Source: Eledone cirrhosa
Lineage: Eukaryota
DNA: 64,000 bases
NCBI GenBank assembly: GCA_964016885.1
Contig: OZ024743.1
Coordinates: forward strand, 44,950,001 to 45,014,000
Direction: 5' to 3'
The position numbers were made by a program, and so were the translations under genes. Positions 42,884 to 56,154 of this stretch are shown here, piece after piece; within the stretch, counting starts at the first letter, position 1; each line of letters begins with the position of its first letter. The notes below the pieces were generated by a model. The model did no database searches and was not told the DNA's origin. It saw only the letters and a program-made list of their open reading frames with translations.

Positions 42884-45800
42884 GTTTCTATTTATTTGCC
42901 ACGAGGGCACAAAAGAAGGGGACAAATATAAGGGGTGGTTTACATAAAGGAACGAGTAAAAACCAAATAACAAATATAGAATTAACAATACAGTCCTCAA
43001 TAGGGAGGAGGCGTTTTGGGGGTTACACACACCCCCGAAAAAGTGTGCACCCTTTTCCTTAGGAGCACGGAGAGGGGGTGACCTTTGAACTTCCACCTTT
43101 CCACCTACAGGCTTATAAAGAGAGCAGGCCCATTCATATGGGCCATTCTCGCTACTTTCACCCACATTTCATAAAACTTGCTGATCCTTCTCTTAAAATG
43201 GTATTTAAAGAAAAGGACCAGTTGTTGGCCGGAGAGAAAGGTGTCCGACATCAGCCCTTTCAAACGTCCACCATACCACCTCTTTCACCACGGCTATTAC
43301 ACAGAGGAAGACCGCCTCTCCTTCATTCTTGAAGGGGGGAGGCGGCTTGAACGTTACAATGGACTCGGTGGTCAACCGGATTGGTCCCACCCGTGACAGC
43401 AGTCGTTCGACATAAGCCCACAGATCGGCAACGCCCGAGCAGTGTACCAATGCATGCGCAACGGTTTCCTTGTCGCGCAGGCATCTGGGACGATCTTTTT
43501 TGAGGGGTCCCTACCCGGGCGCCCGTGTCTGTAGAGATTTTCTCGAACGGGCAGCGCTGCCAGGCCAGGGACCTCTGGAAGTTGTCCATAGGTCCCGGGC
43601 CAAATGTCCCCCCGAATAGGCTGGCCAGTTCGTCTTCTTCCATGCCTAGGGCTTTTCCGAAGGCGTCGTCGCACCTACTAACCACCAGCCCTCTATAGAA
43701 TGACGAGGTGGAGTCTCCACCGATAGCCGGGTCCGCCTGCCAGAGAGCCGTGAGCGCCTGGGCACACTCGGTGTGCCAGGCGCCCAGTTTTCTCGGTCTT
43801 TGCTTGACCCAGGACTGCAGCTCGGTGAGCGAGACGATTCTCGGAAAGGCTCACCTCACAATCGGGGCCCACACCGGTTGACCGGTAAAGAATACCTGGA
43901 GGTGCCGTAGCCTTAATGCGTGTTTACGCATCAGCATCCACGGCAACCCCAGCTATCCTTTCGAAGGGTGTTGATAGCAGATGGATCTCCTCACCAAAGG
44001 AGCCGCTTCTTCCAAAGGAATTGGAAGAGTGCGCGCTCCATTTTGGTGAGCGTTTCCCTTGGGCAAGGCACGGCGGTCAGGCGGTATTAGATGACGGACG
44101 CTATATAAGCGTTCGCCACTTCCGCCTGACCTTTCAGGGATAGTTTGCACTCAGCCCACTTCTGCGTCAGCGCAAACACCCTGTTCGATACCTCACCCCA
44201 GTTCTTCTCCACCTGGAGGTCTGGTCCGAACCAGACCCCGAGCAACTTCACCGGGCTCTCCGTCCAACTTCACCGGGCTCACCGGTGGAGGCCATCGGTT
44301 TGCCCCTCCACTCGCCCAGTTGCAAACCGACTGACTTGTTCCGGTTCTGCTTAGCCCCTGTAAACTTTTCGGATTCCTCCAGTAAGGGGCTGATTTCCGA
44401 GGGGGTTGACACAATTACTGTCACGTCATCGGCGTAGGCCGACACCGCTTTCCGCAATCCCGGTTCCAAAGGGATGCCCTGTAACAACTCCAACTTCCGC
44501 AGCAGTGGCTCTAGGGCCAATACATACAGAAGGGGGGAGAGAGGGCATCCCTGTCGGATGGACCGCGTGGTTTCGAACGGCTCCGAGAGTTAGCCGTTCA
44601 CCTTGACCCTAGAGCAGATGCGGCTGCTGTGCATAGCAGTGATCCAGCCCCAGACAACATGTCCGATACCTGCCACCACTAGCACCGCATTCAGGTAACG
44701 ATGGTCGACCCTATCGAACGCCTTAGATTGATCCAAGTTGATCAGGGCCCCACCAAAGCTGGGTTCGTTCCCAAACCTCTCTATGATGTATCGCATTAGG
44801 TGGAGGTTGTCGTGAATGAACCTGGAAGGGATGGCGCATGTCTGCGCATCTCCCACCAGGTTTGCCCACGTCAAGCGCCAACCTCTTTGCTAACACCTTG
44901 GCCAAAATCTTTAACTCTGCATTTAGAGTTATGGGCCTGAAATTACTTATCTCATCCCCCTTGTTCTCGTCCTTGCTCACTAGCGAGACTATGCCCTTGG
45001 TCACATAACAGGGAATTATCCCGTTCTGTTGCCAGTTGCAGTAGACCGCCTCGAGGAGATCGAAGAACAAGTCCGGCATAATTAAATACAGTTCGTATGG
45101 AGGACCATCGAGGCCCGGAGATTTGCGTCTGCCGCATTGGTTCAGTACGACCCCTATTTCAGCAGCTGAGATCGGCCTCTCGCAGGACTTCGCCTCCTAT
45201 TCCGAAAGACGCGGCAGGCTTCGAGGTATGGACCGAAGTCCACATCCCCATCCGGCCTCTCGCCCCTTCCGAACAATCGGGCAAAGTGCCTCTGAAAAGC
45301 CTCGCACATCTGCTTAGGTTCAAGGATCACCCGTCCATCCTGGTCTCGCAGAGACCGGATAGTGGATCTAATCCCACTTTTGGCTTCCGTCACGCGGGCC
45401 CAGCTAACAGCTTTGGTCCCCTCGTTTCCCAGAGCACGTATTTTGCTTCCGACAACGCAGCATTCGTGTTTCGCGTCGAAGAACTGGCTCAAGGCCGTTC
45501 TCGACGCTAGCACTCTGGCTACGTCGCCACTTCTAATTTCCTCTTTCTACACTGTCTACCAACTCCCTTTCCTTCCTATTTCTATCTGAGGCTAACTCTT
45601 TACTAACTCCTATTGAAGCTACTCTAATCTCTCTTTTGATAGATCCCCACCACCTGCTGTCGACGATGGCGACCGTCAACCGCTCCTTAACATAAGTACT
45701 AATCCGGTCCCTGTAAGCTTTACTTGCCGGTAGGGACAAGTTGAGCTTCCAGTAACCGGGTCCCTGTCTATGCGTTCTATCAAGGTTGACCATGGAGGTC

Positions 45801-48530
45801 ACTAACTTGTGGTCTGAATAGCCAACCATGAGCATTTCTGGACAACTTAAAAAGTCCCTATCCTTATTTCTAACTAAGAACCTATCTAGGTACGATCTAG
45901 ATTAACCGCTATTGTTTGTCCAAGTCCAGGTTGGCACAGTCGGAAAAATCTAGTCGATATCTATCGGCCAGGTCGAATCGGCCGATTAACCCCTTGAGGC
46001 TGGTACAACCCCCTCTATCAGGACATGCCACTACATAGTCCCCACGTGCATCTAGGATACCATTCCAGTCCCCCACTAAAAGCAAGGAGCGGGACATCCC
46101 TAGAAAAGTCTCCAGACGATGGTATAAGTCCGGGAGCGTTGACCCAAAAGGGCCGTAGGCGGCGACCAGCCTAAAAGCTCTGCCTTCACCACTGACAAGG
46201 TCCAGAACCACTAATCGACCCTCTGGGTCCAAGTGTACCGTTTGTGTAGCGAGACCCAGATGTTTTTGCAGCAGAACGACAACCCCACCTCCACCTCCGG
46301 GCTGACAGAGAGATGCATGCATCTCAAAGTCATCAAAGGTGGGAGCCACCTACCGCATGCTGCTGATCCGGGCCTCGCAAATAACCATCACATTTATATA
46401 TCGTGACCTGGGGTCATTTGGAAGCATTGCTTGCTTCCAAGTTGAGCCCAGGCCACGCGCATTTAGACAACCTACTCTCAACACAGCCATGTTGGTGGTA
46501 AAGAGAAAAAGCACTTACCTCTCTGCGGCACGGGGACCGGACCGCACAATTTCCATGGGGTGGGGGATGGGTTGTTTGGTGGGTTGGTGGTTTGTGTAAG
46601 TGTAGAGGCATCAGTGTGTGGTGAGGTTGGGGTGTTTGTAGTTGTGTGGGTGTCTGGGAGGGGAACATATTTTAGGACACGGTTAATGTGTCTGACGCAG
46701 GGGGGCCCCACATCCTCTTTAAAAGAGTCTTTTAACGTTTTGTAAATGTCCATTGGGGCTTTTATCATTTTTAGATGGGGAAGCCCCGTTGCTTGTGCGA
46801 AATTCGAATCTTCGATTTTTATTAAGTTGTTATTATAAATAACGTTTAACAGTTTTTTGTTTATTGTGTTTATGTAAGTGTATGCATAGTTTTCTTTTTG
46901 TGTGATGTTTTTTGTTTGCTGTTGTTTTGTGTTTTTTTGTGTTGATGTCTGTGTTATGTATTGGGGAGGGGTTGTTTGTATTTGTGTTTCTGTGGTGTGT
47001 TTTCTTTTTTTTCTTTTAACTTTATGAAAGTGCCCCCCCCCCCTCCCTCGTCTGACGACGAAAGGGGGTCGTCTTCCGTATTCGAGGGGAGGGGTACATT
47101 TTCGGCTCGTGTTTGTGGTGTGGGTGTTATTGTATTTGTTTTCTGTGTGGGGGAATGGGGGGTGTTTTCAGTTGTGTTTTAACTTGTGGTCTTATTTGTT
47201 TTTTGTGGTGGTGGAGGTTGTGTTGGTAGTGTTGTAGTTGTTGGTGTAGGCAAAATCTGTGTTTTTTTGTTTGCTTGGGAACAGGCAGCCCTCAGGTGAC
47301 TTCTGCCACCACAGAGGTAACAAGCGAGTCGTCTACCCTCCACTGTGATGTGTAAGTAGGCAAGCCCATCCAGAATATGCGGTCGGGGATCCTAGCAATT
47401 CGTTCTGGCTGCATTTGCACAAGAACTTGCAGGCAAGTTCCTCCGAACGCGTTGCTGGAAGACTTACCTACCGAAAGTACTACATCCTCTTTCAAGTCGA
47501 AGAGGCCACACAGTACCGCCCAGAAATAAATATCTGGATCGATACTATGTATGGTCAATCGTTGCGTTCTTCTTCCTAAATAAGTGGGGAAGAAGGTAAA
47601 TAAGGGGGACACAATTGGGGCCAGGGAATGTTTTTCGGCCGTCAATTTATCTTTCATTCGGATGGATAGACTACCGTAGAGTCTATCTTTCCGAATGAAT
47701 ACAATGTTTTTCAGATGATCTTTTAAAGCCAGTTCAATCTCTGTCTGTGTGAGTTGTACTGGCTTACGGGTTTTGTTGGATATTGTCCTATAAATAATAG
47801 TTTTTAAGCTATTTTCCTTTTTTAGCTCTGGAGGAGAATTTAAAGAAAATAGACCATTCTCCTCCAAAGTTATATACTTTCGTGCATTTTCCATTTGCTG
47901 GGTCATGTTCGAAATGTCAATAGGTTCATACACAATGGTTTTTTGGTAGTTTGAGCGAACGTCATTTTGTTCGCCCCCTCTTTGTTTACATTTGTCGATA
48001 TGTGGTTGTTTTCTTGTTTTTTGTTGTTACAATTTTCATTTTTTTGTGTTTGTGTTATTTATGTTGGTGTATGCGTTCACATTTTTTTCCCCGTTGGGGT
48101 TAGACTCCATTTTTTCAAAATGTTCACTTATATTTTCAGTATCCGAGAGACTTGTAGTCACAGCTACTTCTTCTCTTACACCTTTGCTGGTAGGTGTGGC
48201 ACCGTGAAAAGTCGAAACGGCATCCATTAATGTTGGCAATTTCTCCGAGTCAATTTTTTCACATTTTCTTCATTAGGGTTAGGCTCCATTTTTTCAATGT
48301 TTCTAATAATCATTATTGTTTCAGTAGGGAGGCTTGTTGCTTCGGCTACCCGCTCTCCTTCAGTTTGTTTAGTTGGTGTGTCATCGATAACTGTGGTATT
48401 GGCTTCCATTACCACTAGCGTAGAGACAATCAAAAGATATTTAGGATGAAAAATTTCACCCCAAAAGGGGTGAAATAAATTAACCCTAGTGTCCGAAGAC
48501 CCAGGCAAGGGGGTTAATTAACACAATAAC
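42884..48530 (-). mobile_element. Near full-length L1/Tx1-type LINE (ORF1 with CCHC knuckle about 48410-46478; ORF2 APE-RT from 46490), many frameshifts, 3' end in (GATA)n
   Basis: ORF1 CYLCGGRSHLRAAC; ORF2 VGCLNARG, VGDWNGILD, YSDHK, GPGYWKLN, NFRPITL, DQSKAFDRVDH, AYADDV. Confidence 0.92.
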
Positions 48531-48636
48531 GCAAGAATACAGACAAACATTTATGTTAATACGTAATATATCCAATAATCAAGGAGCCGATGTGAAGAAC
48601 GTCTATAACATCCGGAGATAGATAGATAAATAGATA

Positions 48637-48742
48637 GATTTCTGTATTTGCCACAAAGGCGCAAAATAAAAGGGTAGATAGATAGGTAGTTAGATAAATA
48701 GACTTCTTTATTTGCCACAAAGGCGCACAAGAAAATGGTACA
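48637..48742 (-). mobile_element. Two Tx1 3'-end stubs of about 40 bp within (GATA)n
   Basis: TATTTGCCACAAAGGCGCA twice, matching the 3' termini at 42895 and 57967. Confidence 0.7.
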
Positions 48743-48859
48743 TAGATAGATAGATAGTTACATACATACATATATATAGACTAGATACATACATACATAT
48801 ATACACACACACACACACATATATATGTGTGTGTGTGTGTGTTTGTGTGTATGTGTGTA

Positions 48860-49060
48860 TCCCGGGTTCAATCGGGGGTAACCACAGTAATTAAGTTACT
48901 CAATACATAGCAGGGTATAAATATTTAATATAGCAATGGCTTCTAGCTTCTACAGGAATATAACTGTTTTATTTGAAGGAAATCATCAAGAAAGCTTTCC
49001 TGATGATTTACTTCAAATGAAACCGTTCTATTCCTGTAGAGCCATTTCTATATTAAATAT
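48860..49060. mobile_element. Short foldback HHR element in microsatellite; older copy of the 54802 family
   Basis: CCCGGGTTCAATCG..GGTAACCACAGTAA shared start; CTGATGA-TTTACTTCAAAT-GAAA-CCG..CTG-TA at 48994-49042. Confidence 0.72.
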
Positions 49061-49080
49061 AAATATATATATACATATAA

Positions 49081-49208
<128 letters not shown>

Positions 49209-49671
49209 AATTAATATATCTACCGACATATGTATACAGATGCATACCTACGCTAGCAGATATATATGTTTTGTCTTAGTAACTTTGTAGTTCTATGCAG
49301 GGGAATGCAGAACAATTATATGAAAGACGTAAATAAGAATGTTATGAAAATTGACTTATACATATGTCGGTAGATATATTAATCCTTTATATTCTTCTCC
49401 AAATTATTTGTTGATCAAAATTTGCCAAATTACTACTGTGACTGATAGTAGTGGCTAGGCTCTGTCTTAATAGCACCCCCACTCCAAGCTGGTTAACCTC
49501 AGTGTCACGTGATTAATTCTTTTGAATTTGCCACTTGACTAAGGAGACAGCGAATTTTTCAATGCTTAGAATCTAGCCCCGCTCGATTTTTTCGCTTTTT
49601 TCCATCAACTGAATTATTGTTATATAAGCTTCCAGTGTCCCCGCATTGCCTGGTGGCTTAGCTGAGAATAG

Positions 49672-49750
49672 ACTCCCTGATGACGTAAGGCTTCTCTACA
49701 GGTATTACATAACTGTATTTATCCCCTTACAGAAACTAATTAGTTGGAGT
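49672..49750 (+). ncRNA. Type I hammerhead ribozyme
   Basis: ACTCC-CTGATGA-C-GTAAGG...CCTTAC-A-GAAA-CTAATTAG-TT-GGAGT. Confidence 0.85.
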
Positions 49751-50201
49751 GAAATTTTAGTAAGTAAGTCAATTTTTATAACTTTCTTATTTACGTCTTT
49801 CATATAATTGTTCTGCATTCCCCTGCATAGAACTACAAAGTTACTAAGACAAAACATATATATCTGCTAGCGTAGGTATGCATCTGTATACATATGTCGG
49901 TAGATATATTAATTCTTTATATTCTTCTCCAAATTATTTGTTGAGCAAAATTTGCCAAATTACTACTGTGACTGATAGTAGTGGCTAGGCTCTGTCTTAA
50001 TAGCACCCCCACTCCAAGCTGGTTAACCTCAGTGTCACGTGATTAATTCTTTGGGATTTGCCACTTGACCAAGGAGGCAGCGAATTTTTCAGTGCTTAGA
50101 ATCCAGCCCCGCTCGATTTTTTCGCTTTTTTCCATCCACTGAATTATTGTTATATAAGCTTCCAGTGTCCCTGCATTGCCTGGTGGCTTAGCTGAGAATA
50201 G

Positions 50202-50280
50202 ACTCCCTGATGACGTAAGGCTTCTCTACAGGTATTACATAACTGTATTTATCCCCTTACAGAAGCTAATTAGTTGGAGT
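50202..50280 (+). ncRNA. Type I hammerhead motif, second copy (GAAA changed to GAAG)
   Basis: Identical to 49672-49750 except at position 15.1. Confidence 0.7.
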
Positions 50281-50350
50281 GAAATTTTAGTAAGTAAGTC
50301 AATTTTCATAACTTTCTTATTTACGTCTTTCATATATATATATATATATA

Positions 50351-50960
50351 TACAAATATATTACACAAAGAGAAGTGTGTTACACAGTGAGATGTCTGTA
50401 AAGAATTATTACAAGTGAGTTTTACCGTTACTGTATAGAGAACAATATCTACAGGTTTAGCAATTAAATAGAAAAAAACTAAGCTAGAATAAAAACTCTG
50501 AATTAGAGTTTTAAATGACCAACCTTATAATTATAAGTTTGCTGATACGAATCTCGCTTCGTTTCACCACCGACATGTGCAGTATAACAGGCCACAGGAT
50601 CCTCAGTCAGCAAATATGGACACTGTTCACGACACATCTAACCTAATGGATAGAGAGAAAGCTAATATACACGCTGCCCAGAGTAGGGCGAAATCACGTG
50701 TTATTTGCATCAAATAACGGGTCTCATGGATTGGGGGAAATGCTAGAGAGGGCAGCCCAACCATTCGAATTTATTAGCTCAACAATTTGGAGCTCGTTAA
50801 GTATACAAAGATCGGAATTAAGAGTATTCCGCAGTTCACAGTAATAATAATAATAGTATTAGCTCAAAGAAGAATAGAGCATTTTCTTCTGAGCTCAAAT
50901 ACAAATATATTACACAAAGAGAAGTGTGTTACACAGTGAGATGTGTGTAAAGAATTATTA
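50351..50960 (-). mobile_element. 549-bp non-coding partial tandem with HHR, adjacent to (TA)n
   Basis: 50351-50411 repeats at 50900-50960. Confidence 0.78.
50538..50614 (-). ncRNA. Type I hammerhead ribozyme with well-formed stems I and III
   Basis: TTTGCTGA-CTGAGGA-T-CC...GG-T-GAAA-CGAA(GCGAGA)TTCG-TA-TCAGCAAA. Confidence 0.87.
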
Positions 50961-51631
50961 GAGAGAGTGGAGGGGGTGGGGGAGGAATGTTCGAATGAAG
51001 AAAAAGATTAATGGAATAAAAAGAAAGAAAGAAACAATCAAACAAAGAAACAAAGATAATGTTTAAATGTCGAAGAAAGATTGATTTGGATTCGGTTCAA
51101 TGGGTGAGACCAACTTTCTAACGATGTGTATTGCATTAAAAGAGGAAATAAAACAAATAAAACATGCCATTTAAACATAATCCCCAGCTAATAATCCATA
51201 CATAATTCATTCATAACATTCACTGCAGGGATTTCGAAATTGAGAGAGAGACCAGACGTGATTTCCTTTTAGGGACTCAACTTAAAGTTCAACGCAAAAT
51301 CGTCGCAAAAAATTCAAATTGACAGCCATGGATAAAATCCAACGAATTTAAATGTTTTCTAAAAGTTAATAAATATTATGAAAAAATTACAAAAGAAGTG
51401 TGTTTGATTAAGTTTGGCAGAGGCTATGTAGACGGTCCTGGTAAAATAGACACCCAGGCTATTTAGCCGGTAAGAGTAGCAGGCACCACGAGTGCGACCT
51501 GAGTTAAGACAATTGTAAGACAATTTCAAATATTTTCCATCATCAATTGTTAAAAAACAAGTTAAAATCATTTAGTCATCTTATTATGATTCTGCTTGTG
51601 ATTTGTCCATTCGTAACGTACGTTACACTTT

Positions 51632-51827
51632 AGTTACATACACACACATCTACTGAGTTACATACACACAGATCTACAGAGTTACATACACACACATCTA
51701 CAGTGTTACTTACACACACATCTACTGGGTTACATACACACATCTACTGAGTTACATACACACACATCTACTGAGTTACATACACACAACTACGGAGTGA
51801 GATACACACACATCTACAGAGTTACAT
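51632..51827. repeat. Minisatellite, unit of about 22-24 bp (GAGTTACATACACACACATCTAC[T/A])
   Basis: About 8 adjacent units. Confidence 0.9.
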
Positions 51828-51885
51828 GGCTTAAGAATTTTAGCAGAAAGTCAAATATTTTCAAAATTAATAATTTTAGCAGATA

Positions 51886-52000
51886 GTTACTACCTGGGCT
51901 AAAGATAGTCCCTACTTGAGTTAGTATTCCCTACCTGGGTTAAATATAGTCCGTACCTGGGTTAGTAGTCCCTACCTGGGTTAGTAGCCACTACCTGGTT
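51886..52000. repeat. Minisatellite, unit of about 19-23 bp (TAGTCCCTACCTGGGTTAG)
   Basis: About 6 imperfect units. Confidence 0.85.
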
Positions 52001-52189
52001 TCTAAAACACTATTTATTATTTCGTGGTAAAATAAGCTTCCGAGACCCCGACTAGAATTGCGTCCCTTCAGGGTTTACCGGTAAAATAAGCTTTAAAAGC
52101 TTGTTTGTCTTTTTTTCCGGGACCGTCTACGTAGCCTATTCCATTAAGCTTCATAAACTAGATTCTAATCTATAATAACAGTAGAACTT

Positions 52190-52780
52190 TGCCTATTAAT
52201 CCGTATGGTGAGCAAATGGTGTCCCACGTGCTGGCCTCCACACAGCCCCGGCGGACAGGATGGAGAAGGCGTTTGCCCGGAGGATGGTAAGGGAGATGCA
52301 CTGGAAGAACCATTCCAACTCGCGAGGCTACACCTGCGGCTGGCCAGCTGAATAGTGAGGTAGCCCTAGGGCCCAAAACACCAGAAGTCTCCACTGCCAA
52401 GGGCACGACCACGAACCTGTCGGAGAGCGACTGGTACTTGGAAAGTTTGGCCTCCTCAGCCCGACGTGCAGTAGTACCTGGGTTAGTCGCAGACTGCACC
52501 AGGTTGCGGCTGGAGAAAGTGTTGCTACAAGTGGCATCCCAGACGAGGAGTTTGCCACCGCGGAACGGGAAGATGGTCATACCGTCTGGCCTTTTGCCGT
52601 CCCCTCGGTCCAGGCCACCGGCTCGAGCTGGGCAGGGAAGCCTGCAGCGTCCAAGCCATGCTTTATGAACTCGTTGAGAGCAGCATGGCGTGGAAGGTCG
52701 CCGGCACAGTGGCGACAGGAAAGCGGGTGGAGTCCGAAAAGGTCCACGGTGTATCCACAGCGACATTTATGTGGCTCGCA
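52190..52780 (-). mobile_element. CRE-clade RLE retrotransposon 3' fragment
   Basis: DGKRPDGMTIFPFRGGKLLVWDATC...AEEAKLSKY...VPLAVETSGVLG. Confidence 0.78.
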
Positions 52781-52912
52781 GGTTTTATGTGTTTCTGTCG
52801 TACGAACACTAGGCTCTGTCCAAAATGTTCTGAACTTTGCTTTTTTTTAATTTATGGAATACAAATGTAGAAAATATCAGGAGAAGGGAGGTAATGTTTT
52901 CAATGTTCTAAA

Positions 52913-53089
52913 TGGCAGTACCGGTAGAGGGTCGGACGCCATGCTTTGACGCATAGAATGGCCCTTGCCATTCTGAGTTCAAATCCCGCCGAGGTTAACT
53001 TTGCCTTTCATCCTTGCGGCTTCGATAAAATAAAGTACCAGTAATGCACTGGGTATTGATGGCCTTGTTCCAAAAGTAGAAACAATTAT
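52913..53089 (+). mobile_element. SINE family A
   Basis: A/B boxes and central domain. Confidence 0.9.
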
Positions 53090-54536
53090 ATGAAAAAAAT
53101 CATTGTTCTCTTAACAAAAGTGTTGTCGTGCCGTGGCTTCTCTCTCTCTCTCTCACTCGCTCTCTCAATCTATCTATCTCACTCTCTCTCTCACTCTCTC
53201 TCGCTCTCCTTCCCTGTCTCTCCCACTTCACATTCTCTGAATCTTTCTCTCGTCGTCCTTTTATTTCATCTTTTTTTCTTTCTTTTTTTTTTGTTAATAG
53301 TTCAATGCTGAAATTATACTTCTTCAACCTCCTTTCATTCCTTCCAGTATATTGCCATTCTTATTGAAGTGGTCTCTTATCTCACCTCCTTACCCTTCAT
53401 GTTCCTGGAACCCACTCAATGATTATTTCAGTAGTGGTGGTGTGGAGGTGTTGATGGATATATGATTGGTTCTTAATGTATAGATCCCAGTCTGATGAAA
53501 TGAAAACTTGACATTTGTGGAGGTTTTTTTGTTTTTAATTACAACTATTACAGCAAAGAATTAGGTCTGGTCTGCCTCCGGTCCTGATATCTATGACGTA
53601 TAAGGTATAAAGATGACGATGTTCCTTTTTTTCTTTTCACCGTCTAAACCTAACTGGAGTCCGCAGAAATACAGGTCTCAACAAAGGTAGTACTGAGAGT
53701 CCGTGAGATAGGTTCAAAATTTAAAGTACTTAATTCTGAATGTTTAAGTGCTTTGTTATTAATATAATATAGAGGTATATATTCTTCTCGAAGTATTAAC
53801 GTTCCTCTCTTTTGAATTAGTGTGTAACAATATGGCAGGGAAATAAATGCAGCAAGGTGGGAGAGGTCCTTTGGAAAATTCATTAAAATATGGTAGCGAA
53901 AAGCTTGGGAATCACTGGTCTATATCAGAGAGATAAAAGAAAAGGAGCTGAAGTTTATAGTTTAGATTGGATATATCCTAAATTCATTTTTTTTCAGGAA
54001 AGGAACCGATCATCAGAGCGGAACTTTGATACAATATTTACATTGTTGTTTCGGGTGCCGATATAATATGCTGGTAGTATGAGACAATTTGAACTCAGAA
54101 TGCACACAGTCAGATTAAATACCGCATAAAATCCTATCCTACTCTTTTGCAATTCCGTCCCTATTCCGCCAAAAGCTGGAACTTTATCTACCCCGAAAGA
54201 ATAAAAGACAAAGGTTACCTTACTTGGATTTAAACTCAGACCGTAGAAAGAACCGAAGAATTTAATCCTTCACCCTAACGATTCGGCCAATGCGCCGCTT
54301 TTAATACGAATGCCATCAAAAACATACTTCATATTTTTATATATTCCAAGTTAAGTAATTGTACTCCTACCGAAAAAAAAGAACAATAAAGAACTTTAAT
54401 TTTCGAATTTAATTTTATAACAAAAATCTCTACAAAAAATTGTTTACGTTAAACAGCAGTTTAGAACTTTCGAGAATATACGCACGTGTTGATGCACGTG
54501 ATCAGATAGAAAAGGAAGGATATTTTTTCACAAACT

Positions 54537-54593
<57 letters not shown>

Positions 54594-54755
54594 CAGTGAA
54601 GTATATCTCTAATGACTTGATTTTTTATTTCATTGTTTTAACTTATATCATGACTCTGTTTTCCTTCCGAGATTTATCTTAACCTACAACATTTTCAACA
54701 TATGGATTACATCGAGTTCTTCATTCAGAATAGACCCCACAACTTACTGTGGATA

Positions 54756-54801
<46 letters not shown>

Positions 54802-54803
<2 letters not shown>

Positions 54804-55040
54804 TTTATCCCGGGTTCAATCGCGGGTAACCACAGTAAGTAAGATACTCAATATAAAGCAGAGTATAAATATATAATGTAGAAAGGCTTCTACAAGACTA
54901 GAACTGTTTCATTCCGGAGAAATCATCAGGAAGCTCAGAAATCATCGGACAAATCATCAGGAGTCATCGGGAATCATCAGGGCTCCCTGATGATTTCTCC
55001 GGAATGAAACAGTTCTAATCTTGTAGAAGCCTTTCTAATT

Positions 55041-55046
<6 letters not shown>
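54802..55046. mobile_element. Short foldback element between (TA)n tracts with back-to-back HHRs
   Basis: 54880-54935 is inverted at 54981-55037. Confidence 0.85.
54886..54934 (-). ncRNA. Type I hammerhead ribozyme (mirror copy 54982-55030 on +)
   Basis: GCTTC-CTGATGA-T-TTC(TCCG)GAA-T-GAAA-CAG(TTCTAGTC)TTG-TA-GAAGC. Confidence 0.85.
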
Positions 55047-55119
<73 letters not shown>

Positions 55120-55122
<3 letters not shown>

Positions 55123-55284
55123 TTCGACGGCTAATTCTGTACTGCAGTACAGAATTAGTCGTCGAAACGGCTTGAGCTCAGCCGTCGGGGTCTTACTTGT
55201 TCCTATTACCCACTCTACTACCCTAAGTATTGAGTACTTTGGTGCGTTATGGTCCACCTGGTTCCTTACCACATTTCCTTCGTT
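55120..55284 (+). mobile_element. 3' stub of an HHR element truncated inside stem II, with a 46-bp foldback at its 5' end
   Basis: Palindrome 55122-55167, then GAAA-CGGCT(TGAGCTC)AGCCG-TC; no CTGANGA. Confidence 0.7.
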
Positions 55285-55299
55285 ATATATATATATATG

Positions 55300-55890
55300 C
55301 TTTTGGGGGAAGAACCTTTGTACAAACTTGGAGGAGGTGGAGGTAACTCTACACCGAACTCGACCTTTGGACTGAGTGTTCTACCAACAACTTTATGAAG
55401 TTGACCAAAATACTTACAACGACTTTGCACGAACAACTATAAGCAGACCATCAGCTTGCATTAACATCAATAGAGAAGCCAAGCACCTAGCTTCCACCCT
55501 TAAAGTAGATAAGAAACTACAATGCCTAGCTGAGCGTGAGTTATATCCACTCGACCGAATCAACAGAAGGAGATCAAAACATATGCAGGAATGTCAGAGG
55601 GCCGGTTTAAAGAACGCTGCCTTAACCATCAAACAACCTTTAGTCACTCTGATAAGCGATCGTCCACAAAGCTGGCAATCCATGTATGGTCACTCAAGGT
55701 GGCACGTGTGTATTTCTTTATTCAATTGAAAGTTCTAACCAAATCCAGGCCATACGAAAATAGAGCAGTATCCTGTAAACTGTGTATTGTTGGGAAAAAA
55801 GAGGACAGAAGTGTATATGATGAATTGACCTACATAACTCAATCCCCCGACATTCGTCTCTATCTCCGTGTGTTCTATTTCTTGGGCTAA
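55300..55890 (+). mobile_element. Internally deleted Naiad-type PLE fragment
   Basis: INREAKHLASTLKV; GMSEGRFKERCLNHQTTF..STKLAIHVWSLK..CKLCI. Confidence 0.75.
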
Positions 55891-56015
55891 TTTATTAATC
55901 TATTATCTACAGTCATCAAATATTATTTATCTATATTGTGGGCAATGTATTTTCGAATCTCAAATTTCCCAATTCTTTGTAATTTTATCTTGTTTGGCTG
56001 TAATATATTTTAAGT

Positions 56016-56154
56016 GGCGGTGGATTTGCAGTATCGGTAGAGGGTCGGACACCATGGTTTGGCGCATAGAGTTACGGCCCTTGCCGGGTCGATAAGATAA
56101 AGTACCAGTAATGCACTGAGTATTTGCTGGCCTTGTGCCAAAAGTAGAAACAAA
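56016..56154 (+). mobile_element. SINE family A with internal deletion, 11-bp TSD
   Basis: ATATTTTAAGT at 56005 and 56155; B box deleted. Confidence 0.85.
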
